64,000 bases of DNA from Elusimicrobia bacterium GWA2_62_23. Lineage in GTDB: Bacteria; Elusimicrobiota; Elusimicrobia; Elusimicrobiales; UBA9959. The position numbers were made by a program, and so were the translations under genes. The number at the start of each line of letters is the position of its first letter. The stretch's first letter is position 1. Under the pieces are notes generated by a model. The model was not told the DNA's origin. It searched no databases and worked only from the letters and a program-made list of their open reading frames with translations. Location: positions 65,309 to 129,308 of the forward strand of contig MGTV01000029.1 in NCBI GenBank assembly GCA_001799635.1, in the 5' to 3' direction. This document shows, one piece after another, positions 55,501-62,995 of this stretch.

Positions 55501-56853
55501 GTGAAAAACACCATACATTTCTCAGGCATCGGCGGGGTGGGGATGAGCGCGCTGGCGCAGGTGGCGGCCATGGAAGGCCGGCCGGTCAGCGGCTCGGACA
55601 GGGACTTCGACCGCGGCCGCAACCTGGAAGTGCGCGCGGCCCTGGAGAAACTGGGGATAAAGATCTTCCCGCAGGACGGTTCCGGCGTGAACGACGCGAC
55701 TTCAGAACTGGCTCTTTCCACCGCCATAGAGGACACCAACCCCGAAGTTGTGCAGGCCAAAGCGCGCGGGGTGAAGATAAGCCACCGCTCCGAGATCCTG
55801 GCCGCCTATGTGAACGCTTTCGACGCCATCGCCGTGGCCGGGACCAGCGGCAAATCTACCGCGGCGGCCATGACCTTCGCCGTGCTGGAGGCCGGCGGCC
55901 TGGAACCTTCCATCATAACCGGCGGCGCGCTGGGCGCGCTTAAAGAGCGCGGCCTCATAGGCAACGCCTACCGGGGCAAGGGCCGGGTGCTGGTGGTGGA
56001 GGCCGACGAATCCGACGGGACCATAGTCCGCTACAAGGCCAGGACCGGCGTGCTGCTAAATATCAGCAAGGACCACAAGGAAGTGCCCGAGCTCAACAAG
56101 ATCTTCGGCGCGTTCGCCGGGAACTGCGCGCGCGTCATTGTGAACGCCGACGACCCTGCCGCCGCCGGCCTGCTGCCCGCGGCCGAGCGCTTTGGCCTGA
56201 ACGCCGGCAACTGGAAAGTCACCGACATAAAGGCCGGCCCCTTCTCTTCGGAATTCAAGGTGAACGGCGTGCCTTTCCGGCTGCCCGCGCCCGGGCTCTA
56301 TAATATCGAGAACGCCCTGGCGGCCTGCGCCGCCGGCGCCGCCTACGGAGTGAAACTGGAAGCGGCGGCCGCCGGCCTGGCGGGTTTCCGCGGTGTGGAG
56401 CGGCGCTTCGTGCTGGTGGGGGAAAAGAACGGGATCACGGTCATAGACGATTACGCCCACAACCCGGCCAAGATCGCCGCGGTGCTCAAGGCCCTGCACC
56501 AGGCGCCCGGGCGCCGGGTGCTGGCGGTGTACCAGCCGCACGGCTTCGCTCCTACCCGCCTGCTGAAGGCTGAGTTGATAGAGAGCTTCGCCGCCGGCCT
56601 CGCCCCGGCGGACCGGCTGCTGATGCCGGAGATCTATTACGCCGGCGGCACCGTGAACAAGAACATCTCTTCCAAGGATATTTCCGACGCGGTGGCCGCG
56701 CGCGGCAAGAGCGCCGAATTCTTCCCCGACAGGGCCGCCATTCCGGCGGCGGTGGCAAGCATGGCCAGGCCGGGCGACATAGTGGCCGTGCTGGGCGCCC
56801 GGGACGCCACGCTGGCCGACTTCGCCAGGCAGATCTTTTCCGCCCTGCCCTGA
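55501..56853 (+). CDS. Mur ligase family protein, MurC-like (UDP-N-acetylmuramate--L-alanine ligase type)
   Basis: The likely GTG start at 55501 gives VKNTIHFSGIGGVGMSALAQV. It carries AGTSGKST (P-loop), EADESDGT and DDYAHNPAKI, in MurC order. Confidence 0.75.
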   Translation: MKNTIHFSGIGGVGMSALAQVAAMEGRPVSGSDRDFDRGRNLEVRAALEKLGIKIFPQDGSGVNDATSELALSTAIEDTNPEVVQAKARGVKISHRSEILAAYVNAFDAIAVAGTSGKSTAAAMTFAVLEAGGLEPSIITGGALGALKERGLIGNAYRGKGRVLVVEADESDGTIVRYKARTGVLLNISKDHKEVPELNKIFGAFAGNCARVIVNADDPAAAGLLPAAERFGLNAGNWKVTDIKAGPFSSEFKVNGVPFRLPAPGLYNIENALAACAAGAAYGVKLEAAAAGLAGFRGVERRFVLVGEKNGITVIDDYAHNPAKIAAVLKALHQAPGRRVLAVYQPHGFAPTRLLKAELIESFAAGLAPADRLLMPEIYYAGGTVNKNISSKDISDAVAARGKSAEFFPDRAAIPAAVASMARPGDIVAVLGARDATLADFARQIFSALP

Positions 56854-56936
56854 CGGCGCTGTTTTGATAAAATATACCTGCTAGACAAAATGTGCGTTTT
56901 TCGCCCGTACCGGGCGGTCAGGAGCACGGAGGCAAC

Positions 56937-58133
56937 ATGAAACCCGCGAAAATAACCGAAGGCGTCTATTCCCTGCGCGTCAACCATTTCAACCGGCACC
57001 TTTTCGACTCGCTCATCCCCCTGCCGGAAGGCACCAGCTACAATGCCTACCTGGTCAAGGGCTCCGAGAAGACCGCCCTGCTGGATTCCGCCGACCCGGA
57101 GAAGGCGGAGGTGCTGTTCGACTTCCTGCGCGAAGAGAAAAAAATAGACTACGTCGTCTCCCACCACGCCGAGCAGGACCATTCCGGCTCCATCCCCCTG
57201 GTGCTGCAGAAGTACCCCATGGCCAAGGTCGTCACGAACCCCAAGTGCAAGGAGTTCCTGATGACCCACCTGCATATCCCGGCCGACAAGTTCATAGAGG
57301 TCAAGGACGGCGAGACCCTCTCGCTCGGCGACAAGACGCTGGAGTTCGTCTACCTGCCCTGGGTGCACTGGCCCGAGACCATGGGCACCTACCTGCGCGA
57401 GCAGAAAGTGCTGTTCTCCTGCGATTTCTTCGGCTCCCACCTCGCCACCGGCGAGCTGTTCTCCGAGGAGCACATAGTTTACGAGCCCATGAAGCGCTAC
57501 TACGCCGAGATCATGATGCCCTTCCGTTCCAACATCAAGGCGCATCTGGAGAAACTGGCGAAGTACAGCATGGAGTTCATAGCGCCCAGCCACGGTCCCG
57601 TGCACCCCAACCCCAAGTTCATCATGGACATCTACAAGGACTGGGCGGTAGGCGAACCCAAGAACCGCGTGCTGGTGGCTTACGTGTCCATGCACGGCAG
57701 CACCTACATGCTGGTGAACCGCCTCATCAGCCGCCTGCAGGAAAGCGGCGTCTGCGTGGAAAAGATAAACCTGGACCAGTTCGACGAGGGCCGCGTGGCC
57801 ATGGCGCTGGTGGACGCCGCCACCATAGTCATAGGCACGCCTACCGTACTGACGGGCCCGCATCCCAAAGCGGTTTACGCCGCCTGCCTGGCCAACCTCC
57901 TGCGCCCTAAGGCCAAGTTCGTGTCCGTCATAGGCTCTTACGGCTGGGGCGGCAAGGCCGTGGAAGGCATAGCCGGGCTCATTCCCAACCTCAAGGCGGA
58001 AGTGCTCAAGACGCTGCTGGTGAAGGGTATGCCCACCGAGGCCGATCTCAAGCAGATAGACGAGCTGGCCGCGCAGATAGTGGAGAAGCAGAAGGGCCTG
58101 CCGCCCTGCGGCGGCAGGGGCTGCATAGCCTGA
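56937..58133 (+). CDS. Flavodiiron protein (FprA-type; metallo-beta-lactamase plus flavodoxin domains)
   Basis: Starts at MKPAKITEGVY (ATG 56937, with a GGAGCACGGAGG SD region). HHAEQDHSG is the di-iron H-x-E-x-D-H motif. The flavodoxin-like C-terminus reads VLVAYVSMHGST. Confidence 0.9.
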   Translation: MKPAKITEGVYSLRVNHFNRHLFDSLIPLPEGTSYNAYLVKGSEKTALLDSADPEKAEVLFDFLREEKKIDYVVSHHAEQDHSGSIPLVLQKYPMAKVVTNPKCKEFLMTHLHIPADKFIEVKDGETLSLGDKTLEFVYLPWVHWPETMGTYLREQKVLFSCDFFGSHLATGELFSEEHIVYEPMKRYYAEIMMPFRSNIKAHLEKLAKYSMEFIAPSHGPVHPNPKFIMDIYKDWAVGEPKNRVLVAYVSMHGSTYMLVNRLISRLQESGVCVEKINLDQFDEGRVAMALVDAATIVIGTPTVLTGPHPKAVYAACLANLLRPKAKFVSVIGSYGWGGKAVEGIAGLIPNLKAEVLKTLLVKGMPTEADLKQIDELAAQIVEKQKGLPPCGGRGCIA

Positions 58134-58167
58134 AACATTTGCGGAAGATAGACAGGGGAGGAACGTT

Positions 58168-58656
58168 ATGAAGAGAACATTATTCGCGCTGATCCTGTGC
58201 GCGGGTTTCGCCGGCGCGGTTTGCGCCGAGGACGCGGCTCCGGCCGTGAACCCGGCCGGCGAGCAGGTGCAGGCCAAAGAGCAGGTCCAGACCAGGGAGC
58301 AGGCGGGGGAGAAGGGCCAGGGAGAGATGAAGAAGAACCGCAAGGAACACCGCAAGGAAATGCGGGAAAAGCGCGGCGAAAAGCTCGAACAGAAAGGCGA
58401 GCGGCGCGAGAAGCGCGGCGAGGCCATGGAGAAGAAGGGCGAAAAGATGCAGGAGAACGCCGAAAAAATGCGCGAGCAGGCGGCCAAGCTGGAGGAGAAA
58501 GGGAACGAAAAGGCCGCAGCCAAACTGGAGCGCAACGCCAAGAGAAAAGAGAACCGCGGCGAAAAGCTGGAGAACAAAGGCGAACGCATGCAGAAGCCGG
58601 GAGAGCGCGAACAGCGCCGCGGCGAGCGCAAGCAGCGCGGGGGCAAAGGGAAATAA
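58168..58656 (+). CDS. Secreted Lys/Glu/Arg-rich repeat protein
   Basis: 162 aa with signal peptide MKRTLFALILCAGFAGAVCA. The rest is almost entirely charged, with an internal duplication (EKRGEKLEQKGER / ENRGEKLENKGER). A strong terminator follows. Confidence 0.65.
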   Translation: MKRTLFALILCAGFAGAVCAEDAAPAVNPAGEQVQAKEQVQTREQAGEKGQGEMKKNRKEHRKEMREKRGEKLEQKGERREKRGEAMEKKGEKMQENAEKMREQAAKLEEKGNEKAAAKLERNAKRKENRGEKLENKGERMQKPGEREQRRGERKQRGGKGK

Positions 58657-58674
58657 CGAGCTTTGGTCATGAAA

Positions 58675-58709
58675 AGAGCCCCGGCCTTAAAAGCGGGGCT
58701 CTTTTTTTT
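58675..58709 (+). terminator. Rho-independent terminator
   Basis: The stem AGAGCCCCG (58675-58683) / CGGGGCTCT (58694-58702) is followed by a T8 run ending at 58709. Confidence 0.8.
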
Positions 58710-58714
58710 GGGCC

Positions 58715-58743
58715 TTGAAATTTCGGGTTTCGTCTGCTACACT
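58715..58743 (+). promoter_or_regulatory. Sigma70-type promoter (TTGAAA-17 nt-TACACT) upstream of paralogue P1
   Basis: TTGAAA at 58715-58720, a 17-nt spacer ending GTTTCGTCTGC, and TACACT at 58738-58743. It closely resembles the promoter at 60075-60103. Confidence 0.6.
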
Positions 58744-58830
58744 CTACTAACGGATAACCTGTTTTTTCAGTTTCCCGCGCGGGAAAGGTGGAAAGCAGGC
58801 GCGCTTATTTGTTGAGGACAGGGGGCTGCT

Positions 58831-60078
58831 ATGGCCGACAACTCTAACAACAGGAAGAAGACGCTGGTCATCGGCGTGCTGGCGTTCCTGCTGACCGGCG
58901 GCGGGGTCTTCCTCTTTTTCGTCATACAGGGCTCCAACGACCTTACCGGGGCCAATAAAAAGAACACGTTCACTTACGGCGGCGCCGCGCGCGAGGCTAC
59001 CGCGTCCTTCTTCAAATTCATCGGCTTCGACGACGTGGAATCTATAGCCAAAGAGGGGCCCAAGGAAAGGCTGCGCATGAAGGAATACGCGGCTGCCGGG
59101 ATACTTGAGGACGGCGGGATACGGTCGGGAGCGGATTCTGATATTCCTTGGGCGCCCCCGGCAGCATCGGGACGCTCCGCGGCCTCCTCCAACATTCCAA
59201 GGATGGGCGGCAGGGGGACTTCCGGGATCGGCGGCATAGGCGGCGGGGGGAGCAAATCTTCCGGAGGAGTTTCGCGCTTCGGGGGCGGCAGCGGCGCGGG
59301 CAATACAAAAATATCGGCCGCGGTGCAGGAGGGGGGGGGCGGGGTCAAGGGCAAGGACTCGTTGGCCTCCCTGGCAAAGGCCAGGGCTATGTTGGGAGAC
59401 GGGCTGCGCAGCGGTTCCGCGTCCACGGCCAAGGGCAAGTGGGATTCCAGCTTTGGTGTGGGCCGTTCCGCAGGGGGCGGCGGCAATAGCCTGGCCTACG
59501 GCAAGACCGGCCTGGTTAACCTGGATAAGATCAAGAAAGGGGAGGTGGACAATCTGAAAACCACGGATCCCAAGTCCCTTAAAGTGCCGGAAGTGGGAGC
59601 CCCTGTTGCGGATGAGAAAGCCGCCGCCGAGAAGGCCGCGGCGGATAAAGAAGCGGCCGAGGATGCCATTAAGAAAAGCATGGCGTCGTCCATGCTGGGG
59701 GCTATGGGCCAGGGGTTATCCAACTCCATAGGGGGAAAAGGCGACACCGGGGATCCTGACTCCAGGTCCGGTGCTCCCGAAAGCCGGGATTCCGGGGACT
59801 GCTCAAGCGGGGCCACCGCGGGGGTTTGCTCGGCCGCTGTTGGCGCGCAGATCCCATCGGACACGAGGGTTTCCTACAACAAGGTGGGAAGTAACGCCAA
59901 CGGAGACGTTTATGAAGTGATTTATGAGGGGACCGGGAAAGGGATAACCCCTGATTTGAAGGGGACCCCGGTGTCTTACAAGGATACGGCCATAGTTCAG
60001 GTCACGCCGGATGGACCCCAGATACTGTCTATGGGTGCTATAAACGAAACCCCTGCGGCGGTTTCGACCAGCCCTTGA
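58831..60078 (+). CDS. Membrane-anchored Gly/Ser-rich protein, paralogue P1 (unknown family)
   Basis: 415 aa with a basic N-terminus and a TM helix (LVIGVLAFLLTGGGVFLFFVI), then a long G/S/A-rich region. It shares the motif LKTTDPKSLKVPEVGAPV with P2 and P3. Confidence 0.65.
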   Translation: MADNSNNRKKTLVIGVLAFLLTGGGVFLFFVIQGSNDLTGANKKNTFTYGGAAREATASFFKFIGFDDVESIAKEGPKERLRMKEYAAAGILEDGGIRSGADSDIPWAPPAASGRSAASSNIPRMGGRGTSGIGGIGGGGSKSSGGVSRFGGGSGAGNTKISAAVQEGGGGVKGKDSLASLAKARAMLGDGLRSGSASTAKGKWDSSFGVGRSAGGGGNSLAYGKTGLVNLDKIKKGEVDNLKTTDPKSLKVPEVGAPVADEKAAAEKAAADKEAAEDAIKKSMASSMLGAMGQGLSNSIGGKGDTGDPDSRSGAPESRDSGDCSSGATAGVCSAAVGAQIPSDTRVSYNKVGSNANGDVYEVIYEGTGKGITPDLKGTPVSYKDTAIVQVTPDGPQILSMGAINETPAAVSTSP

Positions 60079-60103
60079 CAAGTCAAGGTTTGTCTGCTAT
60101 AAC
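60075..60103 (+). promoter_or_regulatory. Sigma70-type promoter (TTGACA-17 nt-TATAAC) upstream of paralogue P2
   Basis: TTGACA at 60075-60080 (overlapping the P1 stop), a 17-nt spacer ending GTTTGTCTGC, and TATAAC at 60098-60103. Confidence 0.6.
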
Positions 60104-60206
60104 ATTATCGTAAAAATTAGCTTTGCCTTGAACGCCCCGGGTGGCTGTGTTAAGGAAAGTTCGAATTTATTTTTGCGGGGATACGGCGGGGAAAACTGGC
60201 GGGATT

Positions 60207-61145
60207 ATGATAAAACTCCAGACTAAAAAATCCAAGACTACGCAGTACATCATAGGCGGCGTAGTGGCGGTGATCATCCTCGGCCTCTGGGTGTCGCTGC
60301 CGCTCATGAACAATTCCTCCCTGGACGCCTCCATGGCGGCGGGCAACCCCTTCCGCTCCAAGGTCGCTGACATCTCCACTCTGGGCAGCGACATCCCCTC
60401 GGAAGGCGGCGCACCCGGCTCGCCTCTGAGCGGCGAGATGATAAATAATCCCGCCACTTCCGGCGAGGACATCGCTTCCTCCCTCTTTCAGTCCGGTCTG
60501 ATGGAAGAAGCCCCTTTGACCGAATCCGTCTCCGCGGACGCCTCCGCCGCGCCTTCTTCCGTACCTTCCGCCAGTTCCGGCGCGCCCATGCCTGCCGCCC
60601 CGATGGGGAAGCTGAACACGGTAGCCTCCATAAGCGGCGGCAACTCCAATTCCATGACGGCCGGCGGCCTGCACAATAAGTTTTTCGGCGGCGGCGGCGC
60701 GAAAGCGGAATTCGCCCCTGCCACCGGTCCCGATCTTAAGAAACTCGCCTCTTCTGACGACAAGAGGTCCGCCCTTGTGTCCATGCTCAACAACACGGCC
60801 GAGAAGAGCCAGCTGGCGGCCAAGACCGGCAGTATGGACGCGGCCAAGGGCGGTGCTACCGCCGCTTTCACCAACAGCGCCAAGCTCGGCGGCTCCGATC
60901 TGGACGACAAACTGGAGAACCAGTCCGCTTCCTCCGGATTACAATTGGGACAGACAGCGGCTGACCTTAAGAAGAACGACCCTAATATCAACAAGAACAA
61001 GGTTAACGTGCCCGAACCTAAGCCGGTAAAAGACGACAAGGCAGATGAAGAGTTCAAGAAAATGATCATACAGATGATATTCCAGAGCGTGATAGGGCCC
61101 ATGTTTGGTGCTATGGCCAACAGTATGTTCCCGGCCGCTAAATAA
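60207..61145 (+). CDS. Membrane-anchored Gly/Ser-rich protein, paralogue P2 (unknown family)
   Basis: The preferred start, MIKLQTKKSKTTQYIIGGVVAVIILGLWVSL at 60207, is chosen by analogy to P1. The track start is GTG at 60141. It has the motif LKKNDPNINKNKVNVPEPKPV and then the Met-rich MIIQMIFQSVIGPMFGAMANSMF. Confidence 0.6.
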   Translation: MIKLQTKKSKTTQYIIGGVVAVIILGLWVSLPLMNNSSLDASMAAGNPFRSKVADISTLGSDIPSEGGAPGSPLSGEMINNPATSGEDIASSLFQSGLMEEAPLTESVSADASAAPSSVPSASSGAPMPAAPMGKLNTVASISGGNSNSMTAGGLHNKFFGGGGAKAEFAPATGPDLKKLASSDDKRSALVSMLNNTAEKSQLAAKTGSMDAAKGGATAAFTNSAKLGGSDLDDKLENQSASSGLQLGQTAADLKKNDPNINKNKVNVPEPKPVKDDKADEEFKKMIIQMIFQSVIGPMFGAMANSMFPAAK

Positions 61146-61169
61146 TTTCAGGAAACTTCGGAGGATTTT

Positions 61170-62927
61170 ATGAACGACTACAATGAAAAGAGAGAGAAGA
61201 AAGGCGGTTTCTGGTCCGCCCTTGCCGGTCTCGTTCGCGGCGGCTCTTCCGCGGCCGGTTCGGGTTTTGGGTCCGCAGGGAGCGCGGCGGGCGGCCTTGG
61301 CGGTCTTTTCGCCACAAAGGCCGGCGTTGTGGGAATGATCCTGGGCGGGGCTACCATAGCCGCAGGAGTCGGCGTGGTCTATAATTTCATCGGGCCCTCC
61401 TCCAAACCGGCCTATTCGCCCGAACTCTTTCAGAACAGTTATTACGAGGAAGAGGCCACCAAGGCCGGCAGGGAGCGTGCGCAAGCCCGCGACGCTTCTG
61501 CCGCCGCGTCCTCCACGCTCGACATGTTCAAGGAACAGGCCAGGAAGGACGGCATAGGACTGGATGGAGAATCAGCTTCCGGCCAGCCGCCGGATGCCGT
61601 TTCCCAGCTCCCCGGAGACGCCCCTTCAGCGGATGCCGCGGCCCCCGAGGCCCCGGCCGGGCAGGGCGCCGGCGCGCCCAAGCTCCAGGCCGCTTCCGGT
61701 TTCGGTTCTAAAGGCGGCGGCGGCGGCTCCTCCATGCCGCGCATGCAGGGCGGCGGCGGCCTGTCCGGCGGCATAGGCAGCCAGTTCTCTTCCGTGTACC
61801 GGCCTCCGGCCCAGGCCGTGGGCGGCAAAATGTCAGGTATGACCGCTTCCGCGGCTCGCGTCAAGAATTCTCCTAAATACGCGGTGCCGAACTTCAATAA
61901 GAGAGGAGCCTTTGGCCAGGCCAAGTTCGCCAATAAAATGGCGAACGCGGGCCGGTCCATGAGCGACACCGGCGCCAAAAGCACCACCGCCATTCCTTTT
62001 GACAGCGCGAAGCAGACCGGCACTGGCGAGGTCGGCACCCCCGAGGCCGGCACCGGCCTGGGCGGGGCCGGCTTGTCCAACGGTTCCAAACTGAAAGGTA
62101 ACGATCCCAGCCTTAACAACAGCGAGGTCACTCCTCCCAAAGTGCCGGAGCCGGAGAACGTTTCCCCGTGGAAAGCGTGGACCGACCGGGCCATGTACGC
62201 CATGCTGGCGGCTACGGTACTTATCCTCATCACCAACATGCTGGCTAAGTTTGCCAAGACCACGCCGTGGATGTACACGGCGGCCCTGATTACCGGCTAT
62301 GCCGCCATGGCTGCTGCCGCTCTGGTTATGGTCTCCGGCCTTATGCTCATGACAAAATACGGCCAGAAATGGCAGGGCGCCATGTACCTTGTGGCAGGCG
62401 CCATGCTGATGTGGCAGGCTTACCAGGCCTTGGCCGGTGTTGGCGAGGCCGCCACTAAGAACGGTGTGGACATGGGCAGTATGGGCAAGGCTTGTCCGGG
62501 CTATAACCAGCCGCAGGCCTTCGGCAACGGTCTGGCCGCGAACGGCGGCGATGTGAGCAAGATGAGCTCCGCCGGCTGGGAGACTACCGGGACAGGGGCG
62601 GACGCCAAACTTGTGGCCCCTGAGGGTGTGACTACCGTTGACGGCAACTATTCCATCCCGAACGCTTCCGGCGGCGGGTCCAATCTGGTAAGCCCCACCG
62701 GCGAAGCCGCCGGAAAGGTTACACCGGGCAACAATGTCATGGATGCCAGCAGCAACAAGATCGGCACCCTGAACTCGAAGGGGGAGTTTGTGCCGGATAC
62801 CCCGAAAACCACGGTGCAGCCGCAGACTTCGGTGCAACCTTCGACGCAGGTCACGACTGAGCAGGTCATCGGCGGCCAGAACCTGCAGCCTACGGACGTC
62901 AGCCCTGAGCAGGCTGCGATGGATTAA
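61170..62927 (+). CDS. Membrane-anchored Gly/Ser-rich protein with extra TM bundle, paralogue P3 (unknown family)
   Basis: 585 aa with a GGAGG SD upstream. It has an MNDYNEKREKKGGFW N-terminus, a TM anchor, STLDMFK, GAFGQAK and LKGNDPSLNNSEVTPPKVPEPENV. About 3-4 TM helices and a T/Q/P-rich tail follow. Confidence 0.65.
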   Translation: MNDYNEKREKKGGFWSALAGLVRGGSSAAGSGFGSAGSAAGGLGGLFATKAGVVGMILGGATIAAGVGVVYNFIGPSSKPAYSPELFQNSYYEEEATKAGRERAQARDASAAASSTLDMFKEQARKDGIGLDGESASGQPPDAVSQLPGDAPSADAAAPEAPAGQGAGAPKLQAASGFGSKGGGGGSSMPRMQGGGGLSGGIGSQFSSVYRPPAQAVGGKMSGMTASAARVKNSPKYAVPNFNKRGAFGQAKFANKMANAGRSMSDTGAKSTTAIPFDSAKQTGTGEVGTPEAGTGLGGAGLSNGSKLKGNDPSLNNSEVTPPKVPEPENVSPWKAWTDRAMYAMLAATVLILITNMLAKFAKTTPWMYTAALITGYAAMAAAALVMVSGLMLMTKYGQKWQGAMYLVAGAMLMWQAYQALAGVGEAATKNGVDMGSMGKACPGYNQPQAFGNGLAANGGDVSKMSSAGWETTGTGADAKLVAPEGVTTVDGNYSIPNASGGGSNLVSPTGEAAGKVTPGNNVMDASSNKIGTLNSKGEFVPDTPKTTVQPQTSVQPSTQVTTEQVIGGQNLQPTDVSPEQAAMD

Positions 62928-62995
62928 GTTCAACGGCACCAGTGAGATCAAGGCCAGTTGATGCCGCGGTCGTTGGGACATTTTAGGGAGGCGTT

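Noticed and set aside
55501-56853. Orphan Mur-ligase as part of a novel system with the neighbouring unknown genes
   Set aside because: Motif order and content (GIGGVGMS, GTSGKST, EADESDG, DDYAHNP) fit an ordinary MurC-type enzyme. murC lying outside a dcw cluster is not unusual, so it is treated as housekeeping.
56637-58670. 677-aa - strand ORF with Ser/Phe/Pro/Cys-rich repeats
   Set aside because: It lies antisense to the flavodiiron protein gene and the KE-rich repeat gene. The apparent repeats (SPRFS and similar) are simply the reverse-frame image of the GAA/AAG-rich repeat.
60950-61145. PEP-CTERM-like sorting signal (VPEP followed by a hydrophobic C-terminus in P2; hydrophobic tail in the 53317-53838 protein)
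   Set aside because: In P2, about 13 charged residues separate VPEP from the hydrophobic segment, and there is no basic tail. In P1 and P3 the motif is internal. No exosortase gene is visible in the window.
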